Part shown: positions 35,686 to 44,370 of the stretch, piece by piece
Numbering within the stretch: the first letter of the stretch is position 1
Layout of the letters: each line of letters starts with the position of its first letter
IMG/VR virus record: IMGVR_UViG_3300021961_000068
Coordinates: 1 to 64,000 of that record
DNA: 64,000 nt
Direction: 5' to 3' (one strand)
Source: a virus
The notes under the pieces: generated by a model
Told to the model about the DNA's origin: nothing
What the model saw: the letters and a program-made list of their open reading frames with translations, nothing else
Databases searched by the model: none
Translations under genes and position numbers: made by a program

Positions 35686-37425
35686 TTAATTTTTCTTTCG
35701 GTTTTTAGCCAAATCTGGTTTAATGAATGTCTCGTAAAGCCAGCGTGTAGCAGTTCGTTTAATGCCGTCAGCGCCTGTGTACTCCACAAGTTCTAATGCG
35801 TCAGGCACGGCTCCCGTATCAGCAACAAATTTGAATGCACCATCAGAATTTTTTGCGAAGTCTTCAATGTTTTTGATGATGTTGTCTTTGTTGCTTGACT
35901 CTGCAAGAGAATTGATCATGCGTGGGAACTTGCGTTTTTCACCAATCGTGAAAGGTCGTGAGCGTTCAATACTGACAGTCACGCCGTTCGGTGCAACAAA
36001 AGCAATTTTACTCATCGATGGACCACCAAGAAGTGCCAAATCGTCCGCCTCTATGTCGGCAGGTAATTGAATAGCACGAATCATTGCGCCATCTTCCATG
36101 TCAGGGTTTTCACTAAACGAACGCAGAACCGAAGAAGGAACAACAGGACGCAAAATGACACCATCTCGGCGAATCATTCTACCTTCTCCCCTTGGGGCAC
36201 CTTTAAGCAGTTTGATTGAATCCGCTACTGAACGATTAAATTTATCTTTTTGAAAAGCGCCAGTTCTTGGGATTTGTGCCATGCGTTGAATTTGAATAGT
36301 TCTCGTATTGCTTGGATTTCCTTCTAATACTTCAGAAAGATTTTCTGCTCTTGCTGTTGGAAGTTTAGGGTTTACAAGTCTGCGTGCTGCTCGTGCAAGT
36401 AAAGCAAGCGGTCCTGGTATTTCAAATAGTTGCGCACCACAAGTAGAGAAACGGTTATCTGTAAATCGTCCGCCGAATGCAAAACCGGCAGGGCATCGTG
36501 CTTGTCTTCTGCGGTTTGGCTTTAATCTACTGAGTACACCTTGTCCTCCACCCGGTATTAAAGCACCGTAAACTCTTGAACGAATAGGTGAATTTGATGG
36601 AGAAATATTTCCTGGTGTTAGCGCTGATCCAACCGCCTGAGCCGCTCTACCTAATGGGTTACCTGAACCGATAATACCTGCTTTGGTTTCAATATCCTCA
36701 GCGTCGTCTTTCTCAACACGGTATCCACCGCCACGTTTCTTGTATTCGCGAACAAGCCAAGCATTTGCATAAGCAGACGGGTACACATTGAACTTCTTTT
36801 TTGCTTCCGCTTTCACCCTTGCGTAAAGTTCGGAGTCAGTCGGAATATTGACACCCTTGATTTCGGTTTCTTCGCAACAAGATGTGACTACATCAGACTT
36901 CATTGTGGACACATTGATTGGCTTCTTATCTACACGAGTCTGAGAGTTTTCGGCTCGGCGTTTCCTGCTTATAGCAGAAGCAATCTGCTCGGGAGTCATG
37001 CTCATTGCTCTAGATTTTTTTACACATTTTGGATACTTGCCCGTATTGGCGTCTCCTCTACCGCAAGACTCAAAACCTCCACCTTTTTTGGGACGAGATA
37101 TATCAACCCATTCTTCTTCAAACCATTTACCTAAACCACCTCGTTTAGTTTCATCGCCAATAAAAGTTTCTGCACCCAAACGAGAGGTACGGGATTTTAG
37201 GTAAAGTTTTGCTTTAAAGTTTAAAAGAGCCCTATTCCCGTCCAAGGGTGTTTTGCGAACGTTGGATCCTTTGGTAAAAATAAACTGTGTTTTTGCGTTC
37301 TCGGGGTCAAAAAATAGTTCTTGCCCTAACGCAATATTTGTTCTTTTCATTTTCGTTTTCTCACGCATAGACATACGAAGTTTCCGTGCGAAATATTCAA
37401 AGTCTTGGTTGAGGTAATTGTTCAT
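35686..37425 (-). CDS. Multi-module protein with DUF5872-like modules and RCP motif
   Basis: GLGKWFEEEWVDI...CGR...YPKC; LYARVKAEAKKKFNVYPSAYANAWLVREYKKRGGGY; RCPAGFAFGGRFTDNRFSTCG. Confidence 0.7.
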   Translation of the reverse strand: MNNYLNQDFEYFARKLRMSMREKTKMKRTNIALGQELFFDPENAKTQFIFTKGSNVRKTPLDGNRALLNFKAKLYLKSRTSRLGAETFIGDETKRGGLGKWFEEEWVDISRPKKGGGFESCGRGDANTGKYPKCVKKSRAMSMTPEQIASAISRKRRAENSQTRVDKKPINVSTMKSDVVTSCCEETEIKGVNIPTDSELYARVKAEAKKKFNVYPSAYANAWLVREYKKRGGGYRVEKDDAEDIETKAGIIGSGNPLGRAAQAVGSALTPGNISPSNSPIRSRVYGALIPGGGQGVLSRLKPNRRRQARCPAGFAFGGRFTDNRFSTCGAQLFEIPGPLALLARAARRLVNPKLPTARAENLSEVLEGNPSNTRTIQIQRMAQIPRTGAFQKDKFNRSVADSIKLLKGAPRGEGRMIRRDGVILRPVVPSSVLRSFSENPDMEDGAMIRAIQLPADIEADDLALLGGPSMSKIAFVAPNGVTVSIERSRPFTIGEKRKFPRMINSLAESSNKDNIIKNIEDFAKNSDGAFKFVADTGAVPDALELVEYTGADGIKRTATRWLYETFIKPDLAKNRKKN

Positions 37426-37596
37426 TTTGTCAGTTCTTTAGGTGCTAGTCGGTCTGAAAGGGATTTCCTTATTGCATATTGGGCACCAACCCACTGTTCC
37501 AAGAATATCAGGTTTAATACCTTCGTAAATCTTTGTGTACTAGTCAATAAGTTTTAGTCGTTTTGTTTTACGGGCTCCCAATACCCACAAGATAAA

Positions 37597-37668
37597 CCTG
37601 ACCCGCCCCAGATGTTGGGCTCCAAACCGCATCTACGGTTGGCGTACCAACGGGCGCGGGTTTGTAGG
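37597..37668. ncRNA. Candidate structured RNA element
   Basis: GC-rich island with ACCCGC/GCGGGT closing stem, GTTGG/CCAAC and CCAACCGT/GCGGTTTGG stems, and complementary AGAT(G)/(C)ATCT loops. Confidence 0.35.
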
Positions 37669-37712
37669 TAGGTCTTCCAAGACTATCTCCGCCTGCATAT
37701 GTTGAAAGCGAC

Positions 37713-37952
37713 TCAATCTCTTTTTTCATCATTAATTGATTGGCGCCAAGATTCTATGTTTTTATCGTTGATATTAAATGGAATTTTGTTTGGTTCGTTT
37801 TTGAGCATCAAACTGAAATCAGCAGACGATACTTTGTCTCCACTGACCATATACCAAACTTTGCCATCTGTCCCATGTACAGCAAAGCCGTCGCCATACG
37901 GGAAAACTCTTTCACTCGTATTCCCACTATATTTCGGTGAACCAATATCCAT
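37713..37952 (-). CDS. Small protein, candidate immunity/partner of the metallopeptidase effector
   Basis: 79 aa, abuts the stop of 37953..40319. Confidence 0.55.
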   Translation of the reverse strand: MDIGSPKYSGNTSERVFPYGDGFAVHGTDGKVWYMVSGDKVSSADFSLMLKNEPNKIPFNINDKNIESWRQSINDEKRD

Positions 37953-40319
37953 TTAGATAACGCTACCCTGTTCTAATTCGGGCATGGAATTTATTGCTGT
38001 CTGAAGCATCTTAACCCATGCTTTTGCTTGTGGAGTCATAATAGTCGGAGTCGCTAGACCTGAATCACTTGGTGCCATTGATTGCACCATATTTTTCATT
38101 TCGTCAAAAGATTTATCGTCCATAATTTTGGTATCAGGGAAGTTTTCTGTGAGCATTGTCAATAATTTTGCCTCAGCGAAAGCCTCCCAATTATTGGTTT
38201 GAGCATATTTTGAAGCAGAGCCAAGAACAGGCATAATTTCGCTTGGTTTGATGCCTTTAGTATTTATTCTTGTCGAATCAAAACCTAAAGTTTCGTCAAA
38301 TAGTTGTTTCCCTTCTTCCAAAAACTTTTCAATTGTTTGACCACCAAGTTGGTTTTCTACAAGTTCTCTAATTTTTTCAACTGAAGAAATACTGTCATTG
38401 TCTTCAAAAGAGTACATTGAAACTTTATTATTTTTAACTGAAATCAATGCTTCTCTAAACAGTTTCTTTTTAGGGTCAAGACCTTCGCTAAAATTGTTAA
38501 GAATAAAACCCAAATTATCCATTACTGAATCAGAATCTAAGTCATTATCGTTGTGGGCTATATTTTTTGCATATACAGCAAAAAGAGAATTTAAATTTGG
38601 TGTAGATGTATAACCAAAAATTTTTGCCCGCATTCTTTTATCGTTGAATGCTATTTCAACATCTTCCCAATCAGTATCGGGGTCAATATTGTAAGAAACA
38701 GCAAACTTTGCGCCAATAAAAGTGTCGCCAATTTTTGAACCTTGTTTTTTGATTTGTTCAAGCGCTGGTGGGTCGGATGCTGTTGAATTTATGCCTAGCG
38801 TTTTTAAAACTTCCGCATAATGGGCGACATGAGATAGTTCGTGTATTGAAAGACCTATTTGATAGTCATCGGTTCCTGCAATTTTTACAGAGCCGTTAAA
38901 CATGTCCCCTTTTTCCATTGCGTCACCACCGGCGCCAACATTACTTATCAGCAGTGAATCAGCATAAAATCTTGTTGCTGAAATAATTTTCCCGTCAGGG
39001 TAATCCGCTATCCACGCATAAGCCGAAGCAGTTTCAGGTCCGCCATCACCTGTTTGATGTATCTCAAATGTGAATGCTCCACGCAAAGAAGGATTGTCTT
39101 GCATATGCAATTCTGCTCCCGCGAGAGCCTCAACAAAACCTCTTCCTATTTCTTTACGGACAGCGTCACGACCATCTTCTGTCTCCAACATTGATTTGAT
39201 TTTTTCTAGTTGGTCAGCGGTGTTTCTCAATCGTTCCTTTGATGCATCATCAACCCCATCTTCATCAGATTTATTTCTCAGTCGGGAAATCCTTGTAGTT
39301 AACAAATCACCTCTTAAATCATTCATCCCACCATCAAGCATTTCTTTCATGCTTCTTGACTTAGGGATACCCATTTTTGCAATCAGTTCATCACCGTATT
39401 CTTCAACTTCTTTGTTTTTTGCGTCGGGAACATATTTGTCTAAAAGTTTTGTGATTTTTGCATCCAACTCTGTGTTGAAAGAATCAGCGTCAAATGTAAC
39501 TTTTGCTAAATCATCTTTTCTTATTGAAGCATCAGGTGGAGCCGCATTTGCTTTAGTGATGTCATCGGTTGGGGAGCGCGTATCTACTTTGGATTTTTCT
39601 ATTTTGGGTGTATTGACTACATCTGTTGCGCCGCTTAATTCTGAGATCAAGTTGTCATCAATTTCTTTCTGTTTTTCTTTTTTCTCTTTACGCCTTTTTA
39701 GGTTCGCTAGAACAAAGTTTCTTGCATCAACTAAGGCATCTTTTTTAAGTTTTGACGCAATTGCATCTAGTTGCTCTTTCCTTTGGTCAGATATTTTTCC
39801 TCTTTTTTGAAGAGACTCGGTAGCGAACTCTAAAACCTGAGCCCCACCAGCCCTCAATAAAAGCATGCTCATTAATGTGGAATCAGTAAGAGAACCTGAA
39901 CCGTCCACTTGCATATAATCCATTGCTTGCAAAGCCGCGAGTGCTGTTGCTTTTGCGCCGTTTCTTACGTTTTCGCTTTTTAAGATGCCTTTTGCGCCGT
40001 CAATCATTTTCCCTACCAAAGCAGCGGCTCCTCGTGCCGCCGTCTCCGCGCTAGGTATCAAACAATTGGACATTTGCATGTCGGTGAATTGGTTTGCGTT
40101 CGGAGTACCTGGTGGGCATCGCAATTTACCTAGCGCATCCACTATCACGCCAGACGCACGAGCAGCACGTGTTCCAACAGAATCTAGATCGGGTCTATCT
40201 TTTACGGTCGGTCCGAGGAATCCTTTAAAAAGTAAAAGGTTTTCTTGAACTACCGCAACGGATTTGCGATACTCTGCGACTCTTTCGTTTGCGTCAAAAG
40301 CGCGAGACGATTTAATCAT
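37953..40319 (-). CDS. 788-aa protein: RCP motif and C-terminal HExxH zinc metallopeptidase
   Basis: KLRCPPGTPNANQFTDMQMSNC; IHELSHVAH and downstream SKYAQTNNWEAFAEA. Confidence 0.75.
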   Translation of the reverse strand: MIKSSRAFDANERVAEYRKSVAVVQENLLLFKGFLGPTVKDRPDLDSVGTRAARASGVIVDALGKLRCPPGTPNANQFTDMQMSNCLIPSAETAARGAAALVGKMIDGAKGILKSENVRNGAKATALAALQAMDYMQVDGSGSLTDSTLMSMLLLRAGGAQVLEFATESLQKRGKISDQRKEQLDAIASKLKKDALVDARNFVLANLKRRKEKKEKQKEIDDNLISELSGATDVVNTPKIEKSKVDTRSPTDDITKANAAPPDASIRKDDLAKVTFDADSFNTELDAKITKLLDKYVPDAKNKEVEEYGDELIAKMGIPKSRSMKEMLDGGMNDLRGDLLTTRISRLRNKSDEDGVDDASKERLRNTADQLEKIKSMLETEDGRDAVRKEIGRGFVEALAGAELHMQDNPSLRGAFTFEIHQTGDGGPETASAYAWIADYPDGKIISATRFYADSLLISNVGAGGDAMEKGDMFNGSVKIAGTDDYQIGLSIHELSHVAHYAEVLKTLGINSTASDPPALEQIKKQGSKIGDTFIGAKFAVSYNIDPDTDWEDVEIAFNDKRMRAKIFGYTSTPNLNSLFAVYAKNIAHNDNDLDSDSVMDNLGFILNNFSEGLDPKKKLFREALISVKNNKVSMYSFEDNDSISSVEKIRELVENQLGGQTIEKFLEEGKQLFDETLGFDSTRINTKGIKPSEIMPVLGSASKYAQTNNWEAFAEAKLLTMLTENFPDTKIMDDKSFDEMKNMVQSMAPSDSGLATPTIMTPQAKAWVKMLQTAINSMPELEQGSVI

Positions 40320-40331
40320 CGCCTCTCCTTA

Positions 40332-40595
40332 TCAGTCGCTTGAATCTGACGCTTTATTAATCGTTGACATTGAAACCACATCATCATCCTCTACTTCTTT
40401 TTTCTTAGAAGCCTTTTTGGGTTCCACTTTTTCTTCAACAACTTTTTCAACGACTACTGGTTCTTCTTTGACTTCAACCTCAACAACAGCAACCTCTACT
40501 TCAGGTGTCACCACCACAGGGGCTTGTTCTTGTTTTGTATCAAAAAGGAGCCCTGAAGTGTTTACCGAATCAACAGGTTGATTTAGTTTTTTCAC
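40332..40595 (-). CDS. Small low-complexity Glu/Val/Lys-rich protein
   Basis: 87 aa, in operon. Confidence 0.6.
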   Translation of the reverse strand: MKKLNQPVDSVNTSGLLFDTKQEQAPVVVTPEVEVAVVEVEVKEEPVVVEKVVEEKVEPKKASKKKEVEDDDVVSMSTINKASDSSD

Positions 40596-42088
40596 TTGTC
40601 AAAACCTGTTTCAATTTCAAGCATCTCAAGTTCCATCAAACTGCTCAAGAACTCTTTTGCTTCATCGTCAAGGAGAACTTTCTCGTTTGGTTTCTCTGAA
40701 TTCCATGATTCTGGAATCATGTCTTCTTTGCCGAGTTCCTTAGCACGCTTCATGCAATGCATCTTCGCTTCGTCTTGATCTTTTGCACGACCGACAGCCA
40801 TAATTGCCATCTTCAAGTCCTCTTCATCCTTGATTGGGTAAGAGCCGTCTGCCATTGCCATTCCGCCCTTAGCCATTTCCATGCGCTCATCTTCGCTATA
40901 CATTGCTTTTAAAGCAATGTCGGCTACTTCTTCGTCAATGTCGGCTGCTTCCTCTGGCTCATATTCATCAAAGCCAAGAATTTCACCGTCAACACCAACA
41001 TAAACATCGTAAGATTTTCCGTCTACGCCTTCAATCTCTACGGCGTAAGCGTCATATCCGTCAAACATGTCTGCGTCAACAGAAACAACTTCACCATCAA
41101 TTGACTTTGTTGCAATAGCGGAAGCCTCACTGAACGAAATCACTTTCTGACCAGGAACTGTTGCTACTTCGCCAATCAAGTCTTCATTGAGAAGATGCCA
41201 ACCCATGCATTCACCGCTTGAACCATCAAAGTAAGCCTCAACAGGTTTTCCGTCTTTGCGTTGAACATCAACAACAAAAATATCAACTTCATCTGCGTAG
41301 CCCGAGTCAAGAACTTTCCCTGCAAACATACTTTCAGCCATACCTTCAACCTCTAGAAGACTTGGCATTGTGTCTTGCTGTTCGCAACCACCTGGGCATG
41401 ATGCACAAATTTCTGAACCGCCCGCATAAACCCGACGCTCAATAGCGCAAACAAAAGCAAGATCGTCATAGTCAGCCGACTTGACGCCCATTGTTTCCAT
41501 GCGCTTCGCACGAGCCTTCTTGCGTTGCTCCATCATTTTTTCAATTTCGCCGTACATTTTTTCTTCTTCGTCGTCAAGATCTTCTGGCATGTCTTCTTCT
41601 TCGTCGTCTTCTTCTTCGGCGACCATTGGCATTGCAGGCTTCTTTTTCTTTTTAGGAGTAGGCATATCCTCGTCCATCACGGCGATGTCTTCTTCTAACT
41701 TTGCACCCTTTTCTTCGGATGCAGTGACCCACTCACTCTTTTCGCCCTCAACCGGCGTTGCTACTTCTGGTGCAGCGTCATTGGGTACGGCTTCTTCTGT
41801 TTGGGTCACAGCCTTTGCTCCGCACTTACCACAAACTTTTGCACCCGGCTTGTAACCACAATCTTTGAGTTCTAAACCTTTTGCGCACTCAATTCCGCCG
41901 TCTGCCAAAAGTTTTACTATCGGTGTTTCGCTAGCCATGTTCGTGGACTCCTTATAGTGCATTGTTTTGGCAATGCACCGTGATGGATTAGAGCAAACAG
42001 AGCATGGTGTCAAGCGTTTTTCGCCTGACATCAAACACTGATACTTTGCTGTTTTTTGTGGTAAACCTGTTATTGAAGTATAACTCAT
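40592..42088 (-). CDS. Acidic multi-module protein (Zn ribbons, two PepSY-like repeats), possible scaffold
   Basis: CxxC pairs; ISFSEASAIATKSIDGEVVSVDADMFDGYDAYAVEIEGVDGKSYDVYV; C-terminal DGSYPIKDEEDLKMAI...RAKELG..IPESW; alternative start 41938. Confidence 0.7.
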   Translation of the reverse strand: MSYTSITGLPQKTAKYQCLMSGEKRLTPCSVCSNPSRCIAKTMHYKESTNMASETPIVKLLADGGIECAKGLELKDCGYKPGAKVCGKCGAKAVTQTEEAVPNDAAPEVATPVEGEKSEWVTASEEKGAKLEEDIAVMDEDMPTPKKKKKPAMPMVAEEEDDEEEDMPEDLDDEEEKMYGEIEKMMEQRKKARAKRMETMGVKSADYDDLAFVCAIERRVYAGGSEICASCPGGCEQQDTMPSLLEVEGMAESMFAGKVLDSGYADEVDIFVVDVQRKDGKPVEAYFDGSSGECMGWHLLNEDLIGEVATVPGQKVISFSEASAIATKSIDGEVVSVDADMFDGYDAYAVEIEGVDGKSYDVYVGVDGEILGFDEYEPEEAADIDEEVADIALKAMYSEDERMEMAKGGMAMADGSYPIKDEEDLKMAIMAVGRAKDQDEAKMHCMKRAKELGKEDMIPESWNSEKPNEKVLLDDEAKEFLSSLMELEMLEIETGFDK

Positions 42089-42142
42089 CTTAGTCTTTTG
42101 TTTTTGCTACAAATGGAACCAACATAAAAAGGTTTTAATTAT

Positions 42143-44278
42143 TTACATTGTGTCCATAATGTTGAGTAACGCATCAAACGCATCGTCTGTTGCGCCGCCA
42201 ATTTCAACCTGTACACCTTCTTCCGTAACCTCTGATTTCATTTGATAATAATCCAAAATTGGATCTAAAAGTTCTTTAACTTCGTACAAACTATGTTCTG
42301 GTGAAGAAATTAAAAGTGTTTCTTTTTCATCAACCGACAAGGATTTGGCTTCAATATCAGACATAGCGCCACCCGCACTCAAGACTTCTTTGAGAAGATT
42401 GAAGGCGTTTTGTAGTTTTGCCATGTTGCGAGAGTTGATAACCCTGCCCGCCTTAACTTCAATGTCTTCCTCGGCATCTTTGCCCATGAGTTCAGAAATA
42501 GCCGCCATCAACATTGGAATCATGCTTTGTGGGGTCATGCTCTCCCCACCGCCACAACCACAGTCGTGTTCTTTTTCTGAGTCATAGTAAGGCATTTCTA
42601 TGACACCACCTTTATCGTCGTCGCCCTCCATAATCCAGTTATCTTTATCTGCCATGTAGTTGATGAAGTCAGGTTCTTCGTTCATGAATTCTTTTAGAAC
42701 CTCGTAAGCCTTTTCGTTGCCCTCGTCTTCGTTTTCAAACTCAACGTCCTCAAGTTGCATCTCTTGTTCGCCCTTTGGTGTGTCTTCTTCGGCAAGACGG
42801 GTAGCAAGTTGTTCCATCATTTCGTATCCCTTTTCCTCACCATCAAGGAAATCAAAGATTGATTTGAGTTCTTGTTCGTTTAAGGAATCTAGAGATTTGC
42901 CCGGCGTGATCATTCTGCCTAACCGCCTACCGAACTCTGAATCGTTCCAATTATTCTTCCTTAACTTGCCTCGGCAGTTCTTCATGCCGGGGTGATGGCA
43001 TCCTTCGTTCGGCCAGAGACCAGTGGTTTCATGGTGTAGCCACGCGCAGATATTGCTCAACGGGTATAACTCGGGGTGGTTTGCGAGGATTACTCGGCAC
43101 CGACGGAAACCGCCTGGCTTTCGCATAATTGGGCGCCAATAGCGCAACAACTTTTCAAGGTTGCCTCTGCGAGGACCGTAGCCTCGTGTGCGTGCAGTGA
43201 TAATTTCCTGAGGAATGATTCCGCCAAGAGGGTCAGCCTTTTCGGGGGACTTTGGTTTTACGCCTGCTGGAACTTGTGGGTCTTGTTCCATTCGGTAGCG
43301 GTCTTCAAAACGGCGTTCACCATCAGAGCCACTTGGTTTATCTCCGTCAACATTTACATATACGGTTTGTGGTTTAACTCTCGTAGGTTCGCCAATCATG
43401 AACTGATCGTCTTCGTAATGATAGGAAACACGCATTGTGACTATTTCGCCTGTTTCCCCTCTGTGGTCAAATATGACGCTGTTTGGGTCGGACTCACGAA
43501 TTCTTACTGAGCCGCCGAATTTTTTTGCTAAGGCGTATGGGAGATTTTCTTTGCGTCCTTTGTCAGGCATGGGAGCATCAACTGCGTCATCGTTGCCATC
43601 TTCTTCTGACTCTTTACGAGGCTTCTCTTCTTCGGGCTTTTGTCTTGCCATGCTGCTTGCTAAAATGCGCATCAGTAATGAACGACCTTGTTCTGTGAGT
43701 TTGCCATCCTCGCCACGCATCTGACCTTTGATGCTCTCGTTTTCGTTTTGCCCTTCAACAGATTTGATTGAGATAGTGCCAGTGAGTTGATTTGCGCCGT
43801 GAAGAACAGGGCTTGCTTCGTAGAGTTCAACTTTTTTAAGAACATTGGCTTGACGCTTGGGATCAAAATCTGCGTCTAATGTTTTGTAGCCAATTGACCA
43901 CTCTTGTTCCTCTCCAAAGAAAGCAACATCAGCAAAAGCCTGTTTCCCTCGTTCTGATTTCAGGTTGAATTGAACTTTGGCGTAAAGACCGCCAATCCCC
44001 GCAGCACGCATTTTTATTGGGAGACGAGGGTCGGAGGCTGGTACTTCGTACATTTCAAGAACTTTGCCAATAGGTTCATTCCAGTTGTGACCCCACACAA
44101 CTCGGGGTTTGCGCCTCTTTAGACTTTCGTTGAAAGCACCCGGCACGATGATGTCACCCACAGAGTCTTTGTTCCCGATACCAGCAACGAAACATTCAAC
44201 AACGCCAAGTGCCTCGTCAATGTTGAATTGACCTTGGAGTGCTTTATATTGCTGTGATTCAGATAGTGCTGTAGGCAT
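42143..44278 (-). CDS. HK97-family prohead maturation protease with long C-terminal extension
   Basis: GNKDSVGDIIVPGAF; VWGHNWNEPIGK; WSIGY; ELYEASPVLHGAN. Confidence 0.92.
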   Translation of the reverse strand: MPTALSESQQYKALQGQFNIDEALGVVECFVAGIGNKDSVGDIIVPGAFNESLKRRKPRVVWGHNWNEPIGKVLEMYEVPASDPRLPIKMRAAGIGGLYAKVQFNLKSERGKQAFADVAFFGEEQEWSIGYKTLDADFDPKRQANVLKKVELYEASPVLHGANQLTGTISIKSVEGQNENESIKGQMRGEDGKLTEQGRSLLMRILASSMARQKPEEEKPRKESEEDGNDDAVDAPMPDKGRKENLPYALAKKFGGSVRIRESDPNSVIFDHRGETGEIVTMRVSYHYEDDQFMIGEPTRVKPQTVYVNVDGDKPSGSDGERRFEDRYRMEQDPQVPAGVKPKSPEKADPLGGIIPQEIITARTRGYGPRRGNLEKLLRYWRPIMRKPGGFRRCRVILANHPELYPLSNICAWLHHETTGLWPNEGCHHPGMKNCRGKLRKNNWNDSEFGRRLGRMITPGKSLDSLNEQELKSIFDFLDGEEKGYEMMEQLATRLAEEDTPKGEQEMQLEDVEFENEDEGNEKAYEVLKEFMNEEPDFINYMADKDNWIMEGDDDKGGVIEMPYYDSEKEHDCGCGGGESMTPQSMIPMLMAAISELMGKDAEEDIEVKAGRVINSRNMAKLQNAFNLLKEVLSAGGAMSDIEAKSLSVDEKETLLISSPEHSLYEVKELLDPILDYYQMKSEVTEEGVQVEIGGATDDAFDALLNIMDTM

Positions 44279-44370
44279 GGTACTCCAAAAAATGTTTGTT
44301 TATTAACAATAAACTATTTGGAGCGCCAAAAAATGAACACTTTAAGTATATTGGGGGTATTTTACTGAAA

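Noticed and set aside
37597-37668. tRNA gene
   Set aside because: No TTCRA T-loop, D-loop GG or 7-nt anticodon loop; kept only as a generic structured-RNA candidate.
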